64,000 nucleotides of DNA, taken from IMG/VR virus record IMGVR_UViG_3300010334_000023, positions 152,499 through 216,498 of that record. One strand, written 5' to 3'. Below the pieces are notes generated by a model. The model saw only the letters and a program-made list of their open reading frames with translations, did not search any database and was not told the origin of the DNA. Of this stretch, positions 8,855 through 17,228 are shown piece after piece. Each line of letters begins with the position of its first letter. The first letter of the stretch is position 1. The position numbers were made by a program, and so were the translations under genes.

Positions 8855-10245
8855 CCAACCAATTACCAAGTGACACTTTCTGCGCTCTACCCTGGGTGCA
8901 TCTCAGCAGCCGACCAGATGGAACCATGCGCGTCTGCTGCACAGCCAACGCCAGCAGCGTGCAGGATCCAGACAGCACCAAGAAGCTGAGCGGTGGACAG
9001 ATAGGCGTGCTGCGCACTGCTGATGGCACTCCTGCTAACCTCAACAACACCACGCTGATGGACGCATGGAACAATGATTACATGCGCAACGTGCGCAAGA
9101 TGATGCTCAGGGGCGAACAGCCTCCCAGCTGTGTGAAATGCTACAAGGAAGAATCTTCTGGTGTGCAGAGCAAGCGCAACTGGGAGACTCGCTACTGGGT
9201 TGAGCAGCTGGGATTGGATGACATCATAGGTGATACCACCGAGGATGGCGAAGTCAGCCCGAGAATACGCTATCTTGATCTGCGCCTGGGCAGCAAGTGC
9301 CAGCTGGCCTGCGTGATGTGTAGCCCGCATGACAGCAGCGGTTGGATCAAGGAATGGACAGAAATCTATCCACAGATAACCAATGACCGACTCAAGCAGA
9401 GCTGGGGCTGGGCTGACAAAGGCAAGCAGCACGGCGCTAGCTACAACTGGCATCTCAACAATCCTGTTTTCTGGGATCAGCTCTACGATCAGATACCTCA
9501 CATGAAGCAGCTGTATTTCGCAGGCGGTGAGAGCACCATCATCGAAGAACACTACACGCTGCTGGAGGAGGTCATACGCCGCGGCTATGCCCCGCAGATA
9601 GAGCTTAGGTACAACAGCAATGCAGTTGAGCTGCCACAGCGTCTGTTCGACTGCTGGAGCCAGTTCCGAGAAGTCAAGTTCCACTTCAGCGTGGACTGCA
9701 TAGGTGCCAAGAATGAATATATTCGCTATCCCAGCAACTGGGATAACATGGTCACTCACATGCATCTGTTGGATCAGACTCCCAACATCATAGTGACCAC
9801 TGCTGTCACGGTAATGGCACTCAACATCTATTACCTGCCAGACGTGATCAAGTGGAAGCTCACGCAAGGGTTCGTGAAGTTCAACGAATGGCCCAGCGGC
9901 GGTGGCATGATCAACTGGCATCTAGCCTATTGGCCTCCTCAGCTCAACGTCAAGGTGCTGCCCAAGTGGGCCAAACAGATGGTGCGAGCCAAGTTTGAAG
10001 AGCTGTTCGTTTGGTTGGAAGATAATTGGCAGCTGTGCACCGGACTGCCAGAAGGCATGGACAAACACACCGTGCTGAACACTGGATACGGTATAAAGAG
10101 ATTACGCAGCCTATTGGATTTCATGGACAAGGAAGATTGGAGCGAGCGCATGCCTGAGCTCAGGGAATGGATACGAGTCCTTGACAAGACACGCGGATTG
10201 GATTTCAAAGCCACTTTCCCTGAGATGAGTGGGCTCTTAGATTGA
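8851..10245 (+). CDS. Radical SAM protein with N-terminal twitch/SPASM-like domain
   Basis: N-terminal CALPWVHL...RVCC...CVKC; CQLACVMC (CX3CX2C); YFAGGE; YNSNA; FSVD. Confidence 0.9.
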   Translation: MTNQLPSDTFCALPWVHLSSRPDGTMRVCCTANASSVQDPDSTKKLSGGQIGVLRTADGTPANLNNTTLMDAWNNDYMRNVRKMMLRGEQPPSCVKCYKEESSGVQSKRNWETRYWVEQLGLDDIIGDTTEDGEVSPRIRYLDLRLGSKCQLACVMCSPHDSSGWIKEWTEIYPQITNDRLKQSWGWADKGKQHGASYNWHLNNPVFWDQLYDQIPHMKQLYFAGGESTIIEEHYTLLEEVIRRGYAPQIELRYNSNAVELPQRLFDCWSQFREVKFHFSVDCIGAKNEYIRYPSNWDNMVTHMHLLDQTPNIIVTTAVTVMALNIYYLPDVIKWKLTQGFVKFNEWPSGGGMINWHLAYWPPQLNVKVLPKWAKQMVRAKFEELFVWLEDNWQLCTGLPEGMDKHTVLNTGYGIKRLRSLLDFMDKEDWSERMPELREWIRVLDKTRGLDFKATFPEMSGLLD

Positions 10246-10280
10246 GGTAAACGATCATGCAATTTGGACTGCCTGGAACC

Positions 10281-10287
10281 ATAAATA
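10281..10287 (+). promoter_or_regulatory. T4-like late promoter motif ATAAATA
   Basis: Intergenic, 29 nt upstream of ATG 10317; one of 13 similar sites. Confidence 0.55.
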
Positions 10288-10316
10288 GTAGCGTAAGTTC
10301 ACATGGGATCACTGTA

Positions 10317-10685
10317 ATGGCAAGTTCCCCCAAGAAGCCAGTTGATAAAGCCGCTGATGCGGTCTGGGAAGACATATTCAACAATCTTACCATTGAGAAC
10401 GAACCTCCCACTAGATACATCAAGAGCGTGATCATACAGACCAAAGACGGGTCAGTGCTCAAGGTAAGTGGTCGAAGCTTTGCTGAGATCATAGAGCAAG
10501 AACGCCATCTCTCTCCTGGACAGAGCGAGATATACAGCTGCAGGATGACCATCAATTTTCCCAAGCTGCGTGCGGATGTGGAAACATGGTGCGGTGATCT
10601 GTTTACCGAGTTAAACACATCTGACAGCTACAAGGTGACGGTTAAATCCAAGCGCAAAGCTGCCAAGAAGACAAAGCATGATTGA
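10317..10685 (+). CDS. Hypothetical protein with basic C-terminus
   Basis: 122 aa from ATG 10317, downstream of an ATAAATA motif. Confidence 0.7.
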   Translation: MASSPKKPVDKAADAVWEDIFNNLTIENEPPTRYIKSVIIQTKDGSVLKVSGRSFAEIIEQERHLSPGQSEIYSCRMTINFPKLRADVETWCGDLFTELNTSDSYKVTVKSKRKAAKKTKHD

Positions 10686-10710
10686 CTAGTTTCTACGGAT
10701 TAGTCATACT
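10682..10710 (+). promoter_or_regulatory. Sigma70-like promoter TTGACT-N17-CATACT (thyX, probably leaderless)
   Basis: ATG lies 5 nt after the -10 box with no SD. A TGACTA...TAGTCA inverted repeat overlaps the promoter. Confidence 0.55.
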
Positions 10711-10715
10711 ATATC

Positions 10716-11366
10716 ATGACAGTCAAGCTCATAGCCATATCACAACCGACCATTGACGAATGCACCACAGCTGAAGAGCTGGTGGCATACTGTGCCAGGG
10801 TCTCAAACCCAGCCAACCAAGACAACCATGGTACCAGCGCCAAGCTGATACGATACCTCATAAAAAACGCACATTGGTCTCCCTTGGAGATGGTACACAT
10901 GACCATGGAGATCAACACCACACGTGACATAGCAAGGCAGATACTGCGACATCGCAGCTTCAGCTTCCAGGAGTTCAGCCAGCGCTATGCCGACCCTACC
11001 AAGAGCCTGGGTTTCGTAACCAGAGAAGCACGCCTGCAGGATGCCAAGAACCGGCAAAACAGCATCGAAGTTGACGATGCTGAACTGGCTGATCTGTGGA
11101 CTGGCATGCAGGAGTTAGCCATAGAAAATGCGCAGAGGCAGTATACCAAAGCAATCAACATGGGTATTGCCAAGGAACAGGCCCGTGCGCTGCTGCCAGA
11201 AGGTCTAACAGAGAGCCGTATCTATATGGCAGGCAGCCTCCGCAGCTGGGTACACTACTGTGATCTGCGCCGTGCTAACGGTACCCAGAAAGAACATCGC
11301 GAGATAGCAGAAGCCTGCTGGAGCATCGTGGTTGATCAATTCCCCATGCTAGGACAAGGAGATTGA
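10716..11366 (+). CDS. thyX: FAD-dependent thymidylate synthase
   Basis: ThyX signature RHRSFSFQEFSQRY; HWSPLEM; LLPEG; HAQKE-like GTQKEHR. Confidence 0.95.
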   Translation: MTVKLIAISQPTIDECTTAEELVAYCARVSNPANQDNHGTSAKLIRYLIKNAHWSPLEMVHMTMEINTTRDIARQILRHRSFSFQEFSQRYADPTKSLGFVTREARLQDAKNRQNSIEVDDAELADLWTGMQELAIENAQRQYTKAINMGIAKEQARALLPEGLTESRIYMAGSLRSWVHYCDLRRANGTQKEHREIAEACWSIVVDQFPMLGQGD

Positions 11367-11367
11367 C

Positions 11368-11841
11368 ATGAAGATATTGATAATGGGTTTGCCTGGTAGC
11401 GGTAAGACAACCTTGGCCAGGGCTCTGGCACCGAGGCTAAAGGCCGTGCATTGGAACGCAGATGCCGTGCGAGGCAACCTCAATGCTCATCTGGGTTTCA
11501 GTGAGGATGATCGCATCGAACAAGCACGCAGGATGGGATGGTTATGCGATCAGGTAACCGCAGCTGGACAGGTAGCTGTGGCAGACTTCGTGTGTCCTAC
11601 ACCAGCTACTCGAGCAGCTTTTGGCAGAGCCGACTGCACCATCTGGCTTGACACCATCAAAGAAGGCCGCTTTGCTGACACAAACAAGTTATTCGTAGCA
11701 CCCGAGGTGACCGGGGGCGACTATCGCGTGGACACTCAGGACTGCGAGTTCTGGAGCAAGATGATATTTGAAGATCTGGATTATCGACTGCGCCCAAGCT
11801 GGGGCAAGGCTTTCATGCTGGGACTGAGAAACACGCTATGA
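11368..11841 (+). CDS. P-loop kinase, adenylylsulfate-kinase (CysC)-like
   Basis: MGLPGSGKTT Walker A; NADAVR; LGFSEDDRIEQARR; ADFVCP; F-x-APE. Confidence 0.75.
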   Translation: MKILIMGLPGSGKTTLARALAPRLKAVHWNADAVRGNLNAHLGFSEDDRIEQARRMGWLCDQVTAAGQVAVADFVCPTPATRAAFGRADCTIWLDTIKEGRFADTNKLFVAPEVTGGDYRVDTQDCEFWSKMIFEDLDYRLRPSWGKAFMLGLRNTL

Positions 11842-12257
11842 AGATTGGACTTAGCTTCAGCCGTTGCCTGCGAGATATAGTGGATGGTAAGGTCAACATG
11901 GATGATGTGCTGGTAATAATCGCGCGCACAGATTTTGATCCAACCAACGACGAAGAGTGGAACAACATCTGGAACGGATACTATCATGGAACCGGACTGT
12001 CACATCCAGAATGGCAGGATTATCCGCATGATGCTGAGGCACTGTTTAGGAACGTAGCCACGCAGCTTTGGCAGGATGGCAAGCTGCACCAACCTCGACG
12101 GTTCGGAGCTCGAGTGCTGCGCAGACCTGAGATATGGCTTGAAACTGTGCTGCTGGATGATGATCTGGATAACAAGCCCTTGGCCAAAGAGGCCTGGGAG
12201 GGATTCAAGATGGCAGCAGCTCTCACAGGCTGCAAAATTGACAGGGAATATCACTGA
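11838..12257 (+). CDS. Hypothetical protein
   Basis: 139 aa, coupled on both sides. Confidence 0.75.
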   Translation: MKIGLSFSRCLRDIVDGKVNMDDVLVIIARTDFDPTNDEEWNNIWNGYYHGTGLSHPEWQDYPHDAEALFRNVATQLWQDGKLHQPRRFGARVLRRPEIWLETVLLDDDLDNKPLAKEAWEGFKMAAALTGCKIDREYH

Positions 12258-12646
12258 TGACCAAGAAATGGGAAAACAACAAGCCAACTGTGCAGATGTT
12301 GGGCCGCTGGCAGCCATGGCACGATGGACACTTCGCTCTGTTCGAACGAGCAGTGGCCAAGACCGGACAGGTTGCTATCATGGTCAGAGACACAGGTGGT
12401 ACAGACGAGAAGAATCCATTCTACTACGATGTTGTGCGCGATCGCATCATATCTGAGCTGGGCAAGAAGGGCTACATGCATGGCAGTGACTATGTTGTCA
12501 TGCTGATGCCAAACATCGTAAATATCACATACGGGCGCGATGTGGGTTACAAGATTGAGCAGGAAGTGTTTGACGAAGAAATACATGCCATATCTGCCAC
12601 AAAGATTCGTGAAGAGATGAAACTCAAAGGAACAGACAATGAATAA
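12257..12646 (+). CDS. Cytidylyltransferase-like (HxGH) nucleotidyltransferase
   Basis: LGRWQPWHDGH (GRFQPxHxGH-type), NPF, ISATKIRE. Confidence 0.75.
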   Translation: MTKKWENNKPTVQMLGRWQPWHDGHFALFERAVAKTGQVAIMVRDTGGTDEKNPFYYDVVRDRIISELGKKGYMHGSDYVVMLMPNIVNITYGRDVGYKIEQEVFDEEIHAISATKIREEMKLKGTDNE

Positions 12647-13655
12647 GATTGGAACCATAGCAGCACTGCTGGCAGTGATGTTTGTAGGCTCAGCTCATGC
12701 TGAGGAAGTGACTACATTGAAGAACAGTGCTGCGGATTTGAATCCCTACGTGGCACAGCGAGACGGCATCTTTCTTGGACTGCTGTTTGAAGCTGTGATG
12801 GGTGGTCCTCAGACCAAGCTCAAGACCAGCACAGAATCCTGGATGGATTCCAGCAACAACACCATAGTGCTCAGCAAAGTACCCTATGTCAGCGGCACGG
12901 TATATGCCAAGGACATTGATGCTGCTGGCAGCGTGTTCTCAGTCACCAAAGATGCGCACTATCGCTATTTCAAAGGCAACGGTCTCCCCAGCACTCCCAT
13001 GGGCAAGTTCCCAGTTGAACAGGGCACAGCTGCCTATAGCTATTATTCTGCTGCACCCGCTGGACACGATCCTAGGACTGGCATACCAGGATCGGATTAC
13101 AGCAGCGCTGCTGCTATCGGTGTGAGCCCATACAATCTTGACGTGATGGTACCACTGCATCCGCGATACAGCAAGATTCCAAATCCCATTGATTCACTGG
13201 TTACCGGAGTGGCGCTAACTGGCACTGTATGGCATGTTGAGGTAGCCAATGCCAGCAGCACAGATTGGTACAACCCACTGTCAATCCTGCCATTGGATGA
13301 CTGCTTTGGACATCCCTACAGCCAGCAGTATCATCTGCACAGCTATTCATGGAAGTGTTTCCCTAATCAGGGTACCACAGGCCCCAGCCCGCTGGTTGGT
13401 TACGCTCTGGATGGATTTGGCATCTATGGCCCACGCGGCGAAGATGGCAAGATGATAACCAATGCACAGCTTGATGAATGCCATGGCATGATCAGCAAGG
13501 TAATGTGGGAAGGCAAGCTTACCAAGATCTATCATTACGTGCTGAACAACGAATATCCCTACAGCATTGGCTGCTTCAGGGGCGTGGTCAATACCAGCTT
13601 GGCTCTGCTGAAGACTACCAAGCATTCGCATGGTATGTTAAAGAGCATGCACTGA
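12639..13655 (+). CDS. Secreted YHYH-domain protein
   Basis: Signal peptide MNKIGTIAALLAVMFVGSAHA; LDDCFGH..QYHLH; SPLVGYALDGFGIYGP; LDECHG; YHYVLNNEYPYSIGCFRG. Confidence 0.7.
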   Translation: MNKIGTIAALLAVMFVGSAHAEEVTTLKNSAADLNPYVAQRDGIFLGLLFEAVMGGPQTKLKTSTESWMDSSNNTIVLSKVPYVSGTVYAKDIDAAGSVFSVTKDAHYRYFKGNGLPSTPMGKFPVEQGTAAYSYYSAAPAGHDPRTGIPGSDYSSAAAIGVSPYNLDVMVPLHPRYSKIPNPIDSLVTGVALTGTVWHVEVANASSTDWYNPLSILPLDDCFGHPYSQQYHLHSYSWKCFPNQGTTGPSPLVGYALDGFGIYGPRGEDGKMITNAQLDECHGMISKVMWEGKLTKIYHYVLNNEYPYSIGCFRGVVNTSLALLKTTKHSHGMLKSMH

Positions 13656-13678
13656 CGGTTACGAGAATACCGATAATG

Positions 13679-13708
13679 AAAAAGGACGGATTGCTCCGTC
13701 CTTTTTTT
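13679..13708. terminator. Bidirectional intrinsic terminator
   Basis: aaaaaggacgga-ttgc-tccgtccttttttt between convergent genes. Confidence 0.9.
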
Positions 13709-13729
13709 GTATCTAATTATCAGTTTAAT

Positions 13730-14446
13730 TCACTTCTTGGCAGCAGTCTTCTTGGCTGCTGGTTTCTTGGCAGCGGCCTTGGGTGCTGCTATCTTGGCAG
13801 TCGGAGCTGCTGCTTCTTCCAACCACGAACCACCATTGGCCTTGGCTTTGTGGCCAGGGTTTAGCGTGGGATCGATAGCATAGGCCTGTGCGCGGCGTGC
13901 TGTAGCATCAGCTTCAAGCATCTCTGCCATGCGGATCAAGTCTCGTGCTTCCTGTGCTCGGCCATCAGCAGTGGTGCCTTCCAAGTTGCTCTGATGCACG
14001 TTGAATTTGCCCATCTCTGCTAGCACTGCTGCGCGAGTGGCTGGATCCAGATCATTGAGGTCTGGCGGAGTAGCGTCGTCAACAGTTTTCATGGCAGCCA
14101 GGATCTGGCGCAGAGGAAACTTCATGCCGCGAGCCGGTGTCATGTGTACGAGATCAACAGGAACCTTGTCCAAGCGCTGGGCAGCATGCAGCTTCTGGAG
14201 CATGGTAGCGCCAGTGCCATCCGGAGCAGGGCGGCGGCCCAGTAGTTCGCCTAGGTCCTTGCTCTGTTGACCTTCCACGCTTTCTACTATCTTGCGGAGT
14301 GCTTCGTTGTACTGATCAGGCAGCGCATCTGTGTCTATGACCAGTGCATGTTCATCATCGCCTGGCAGGCTCATGAATACCACTACTACCTGCTTGCCAG
14401 TGTTCTCCAACTGGCCTATGTGCTTCATCATATCAGCCATTGGCAT
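13730..14446 (-). CDS. Hypothetical protein with Ala/Lys-rich (PKAAAKK) histone-like tail
   Basis: 238 aa; ends AAPKAAAKKPAAKKTAAKK. Start may be 14440. Confidence 0.75.
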   Translation of the reverse strand: MPMADMMKHIGQLENTGKQVVVVFMSLPGDDEHALVIDTDALPDQYNEALRKIVESVEGQQSKDLGELLGRRPAPDGTGATMLQKLHAAQRLDKVPVDLVHMTPARGMKFPLRQILAAMKTVDDATPPDLNDLDPATRAAVLAEMGKFNVHQSNLEGTTADGRAQEARDLIRMAEMLEADATARRAQAYAIDPTLNPGHKAKANGGSWLEEAAAPTAKIAAPKAAAKKPAAKKTAAKK

Positions 14447-14654
14447 TACCTGCTGGTTGATCGCCGCTGGTCTGTTGTGCTGCGGCTGCGTCTACGAATT
14501 TCTTGAACTTGTTGTATAGCTGGCCAACTGGCTCAAGCTCTGCACCACGGAACGCACCGCGGCTGCTAGCGAGATCCAGCACAGTCAGGATGTTCTGTAG
14601 ATCTGCAAGATTGATTGTACTATCTTGCTGTGGTTGTGTAACTTGATCGTTCAC
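14433..14654 (-). CDS. Small hypothetical protein
   Basis: GTG start with GGAGG SD; 73 aa. Confidence 0.8.
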   Translation of the reverse strand: MNDQVTQPQQDSTINLADLQNILTVLDLASSRGAFRGAELEPVGQLYNKFKKFVDAAAAQQTSGDQPAGNANG

Positions 14655-14684
14655 GGTTTTGCCTCCTCATGGACATGGTAACAT

Positions 14685-14712
14685 ATATTAACCATGGCGA
14701 CTGGGAGATCAA
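14685..14712 (-). promoter_or_regulatory. Sigma70-like promoter TTGATC-N16-TAATAT
   Basis: Upstream of the GTG at 14654; 16-bp spacer as in six other sites. Confidence 0.45.
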
Positions 14713-14723
14713 ATATCTTTTTG

Positions 14724-14900
14724 CTAGGTTATGGCATTCCAGATGCGCAGCACGGTGATGCTCATGGTACCAAAGCTGGTTATGAAGGCTCCCGTGCTGA
14801 ACGCAAGATCGTTGTGCAGAGTCTCGCATGACAGTCCTACCAACCCTGCTGCTACGAAAGCGGCAAACAGCAATACTGCGATGCAGATAGTCTTGATCAT
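14724..14900 (-). CDS. Small two-TM membrane protein (58 aa, absent from ORF track)
   Basis: MIKTICIAVLLFAAFVAAGLVGLSCETLHNDLAFSTGAFITSFGTMSITVLRIWNAIT*; GGAG SD and TATAAATA upstream. Confidence 0.65.
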   Translation of the reverse strand: MIKTICIAVLLFAAFVAAGLVGLSCETLHNDLAFSTGAFITSFGTMSITVLRIWNAIT

Positions 14901-14930
14901 GCTGCTACGACTCCGGTTAGATACCAGAAC

Positions 14931-14938
14931 TATTTATA
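14931..14938 (-). promoter_or_regulatory. T4-type late promoter TATAAATA (perfect consensus)
   Basis: tatttata on the + strand, intergenic. Confidence 0.65.
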
Positions 14939-14951
14939 GTAGCATGCCTGA

Positions 14952-15152
14952 TCAGCGTTTCTGCAGGGCCTTGATAGCATCTAGAACCACCATGCGATCC
15001 TTGGCCTGCATATCAAAGAAGGTCTTGGGCATCTTGGGTGTACCAAGCTGTGTAAGCATCTGCCCTATGCGAGCCCATTCGCAGCACTGTTTGTCATCCT
15101 TGAGATCGCCGCTGCGTGACATCATCTCACGTCCAAGTTCCATGGCATCCAT
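14952..15152 (-). CDS. Hypothetical protein
   Basis: 66 aa, fills the gap in the minus-strand run. Confidence 0.65.
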   Translation of the reverse strand: MDAMELGREMMSRSGDLKDDKQCCEWARIGQMLTQLGTPKMPKTFFDMQAKDRMVVLDAIKALQKR

Positions 15153-15161
15153 CTGTGTGTC

Positions 15162-15413
15162 CTATTGTTCGTGTCTCAGGTGAAAGTCTATAGCATCTTC
15201 TCTGTTGTTGAATTTTATCTCTACCATGTTAGTGCGGTATTCATCCAACAGTATCTTGCGATCTATCTTGGCAGTGGGCCAATCTATCATCAGCTGCTGT
15301 TCCAGCAAGCTGACGTTGAAGTCAAAGCTGGCAGGATTCAGTTCAGCTACTATGAGATTTCCCAACAGCTGAGTGCGACGTATCAGTCTTTGCCTATGAA
15401 CTTCTTGGCCCAT
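15162..15413 (-). CDS. Hypothetical protein
   Basis: 83 aa; start uncertain. Confidence 0.55.
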   Translation of the reverse strand: MGQEVHRQRLIRRTQLLGNLIVAELNPASFDFNVSLLEQQLMIDWPTAKIDRKILLDEYRTNMVEIKFNNREDAIDFHLRHEQ

Positions 15414-15661
15414 GTGTCAGCCCATTCCTCCAAGTGCTCTTCTAGATAGGCCACACCCTGCGCACTGTGCAGGCTAGCTGTCTTTTCTATGCTGTTGGTC
15501 ACCACCACAGGCAGCTTGTCTTCGATCATGTCGATGATCTTCTGTCGCTCCTGCGGGGGCATGTCCCTGGTCCACATAGCCAATCGTTCGGCTACCATGG
15601 CACACAGCTGGGCACTAAGCTGAGCCAGCTGTGGTCGAAATTCTCCTGGTGTACCTTCCAT
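15383..15661 (-). CDS. Hypothetical protein
   Basis: TAATG overlap with the upstream gene. Confidence 0.65.
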   Translation of the reverse strand: MEGTPGEFRPQLAQLSAQLCAMVAERLAMWTRDMPPQERQKIIDMIEDKLPVVVTNSIEKTASLHSAQGVAYLEEHLEEWADTWAKKFIGKD

Positions 15662-15852
15662 TACTCGCTTGCCTTCTTGTGCTGATTATCTGCACTAAGT
15701 TTAGCGATCTCATCCTTGAGAGCCAACTTCTTCTTTTTGAGTTGGTGTATAGCATCGTCGTCGTATCGACCTGTGCGTTCCCTGCGATCAATCTCATGGT
15801 CCAAGGCTTGATGTTCTGTTACCAAACGATTGATGTGATTCTCTAGGCTCAT
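15661..15852 (-). CDS. DUF465/YdcH-like small coiled-coil protein
   Basis: L-x2-EH-x2-LD-x2-I...I-x2-LKKKKLALKDEIA pattern. Confidence 0.75.
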   Translation of the reverse strand: MSLENHINRLVTEHQALDHEIDRRERTGRYDDDAIHQLKKKKLALKDEIAKLSADNQHKKASE

Positions 15853-15879
15853 GCTGTGCTCCTGTTGGTGACAGGCTGC

Positions 15880-17154
15880 TCAAGCAGCCTGTCCGATCTC
15901 TTCCACACCCGTGTCGTGATCATAGTAGGCATACTGACCAAACGGTGGCTTCACGCGAGTCTTGTGACCCTCTGTGATGATCCACAGCGTGTCGCAGTAG
16001 CTCTCTGGGCCCCAAGTACCAAACGGATAACCGTCTGTGAACACCACTGCTTTCTTGGGCTCGATCTGCTCACTCATCCAATAGTTCCAGAACGCCATGA
16101 AATCTGTACCGCCGCCACCCTTGCATTCATAGTTCAGCAGGTCGTCTGCGCTGTCCTTGGTGAACTTCTGGAAGTTATAGACCTGTGTGTCAAAGCAAAG
16201 GATGCTGATGGTGAAGTCATTGTACATGCTCATGATGCCATAGACTTCACTGAGAAAGTCCTTGGCCATGCTGTCGCTGATGGAACCACTCATGTCGATA
16301 GCAATGGCAATGTCAATGGTATCGTCCTTGTCCAGTGTTGGCAGGAAGATGCCACCATACATGTGCTTGCGATTGGGGCGCATCCAGGTAAAGTCATCAG
16401 TGATGCAGCTCTGGATGTTCTGCTGCAGGAGATCGCGCCAGTTGATCTTTGGCTCTACCAGATCATCAATGATGCGCTGTAGGCTAGCTGGCATCTTGCC
16501 AGCACTAGCCTGCGCTGCCTGCAGCACCTTGTTCTTCATCTCTTCGCGGATCTTCTTGAGATCTTCTTCGCTGACCTTGATTGGATTGCCATCCTTGTCC
16601 ACGGCCTGTCGACCCTTGCCATCCTTGCCGTTGCTGTCACCGCCAAGCTCCAGATGCACGTCCATGGTCAGCTGCTTCTTGACCTTGCGCTTTTCGAGAT
16701 CATCATAGACTGCCTCAGAAGTCCAACCCAGATACTTCTCATCATACAAGCCCACACGCTGGTTGGTCTCGCCCTTGTCGTCAACCTCGGTGACCTTCTT
16801 GGTAGGCATCTTGCCGATCTTATCTGAGGTAAGCATGCCGTTGATCACATAGTCGTTGGCCATGTTCCACCAGCTGGGGTCGCGGTGCGTGCGGCGACCA
16901 AAATGGTCCAGAGCCACGTGCAGCACCTCGTGGCACAGCACGAACTTGATCTCGTCGATGTCAAGGTCCTTGAAGAAGTCTCGATTGTAATAGATGTTGC
17001 GGCCGTCCACGGCTGCAGTGCTGCACCAACCTGCGTCAGTGGCATCTACCAAAGGCAGCTGCATGGTCAGCGTGCCAAAGAACGGCGTCTTGAACAGCAG
17101 TTCCAGTCGCGCTTGGCTGATCTTCTTGGTGATTGGATCTCGTTGAATTGACAT
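15880..17154 (-). CDS. Putative metallopeptidase (HExxH) fused to a VWA domain (DUF2201 type)
   Basis: LCHEVLHVAL; WNMANDYVIN; IAIDMSGSIS (MIDAS DxSxS); GGGGTDF; VFTDGY. Start 17154 has a GGAGG SD. Confidence 0.85.
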   Translation of the reverse strand: MSIQRDPITKKISQARLELLFKTPFFGTLTMQLPLVDATDAGWCSTAAVDGRNIYYNRDFFKDLDIDEIKFVLCHEVLHVALDHFGRRTHRDPSWWNMANDYVINGMLTSDKIGKMPTKKVTEVDDKGETNQRVGLYDEKYLGWTSEAVYDDLEKRKVKKQLTMDVHLELGGDSNGKDGKGRQAVDKDGNPIKVSEEDLKKIREEMKNKVLQAAQASAGKMPASLQRIIDDLVEPKINWRDLLQQNIQSCITDDFTWMRPNRKHMYGGIFLPTLDKDDTIDIAIAIDMSGSISDSMAKDFLSEVYGIMSMYNDFTISILCFDTQVYNFQKFTKDSADDLLNYECKGGGGTDFMAFWNYWMSEQIEPKKAVVFTDGYPFGTWGPESYCDTLWIITEGHKTRVKPPFGQYAYYDHDTGVEEIGQAA

Positions 17155-17173
17155 TGTGTACCTCCAATGAACC

Positions 17174-17201
17174 ATGATAGCACATATTACCAGGGCGTCA
17201 A
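17174..17201 (-). promoter_or_regulatory. Sigma70-like promoter TTGACG-N16-TATCAT with extended TG
   Basis: Upstream of ATG 17154. Confidence 0.6.
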
Positions 17202-17228
17202 CCACTAAGCTGACGCCCTGTGAGTTAT

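Noticed and set aside
8887-9921. 344-aa minus-strand ORF
   Set aside because: Lies wholly antisense to a well-supported radical SAM gene and has no motifs.
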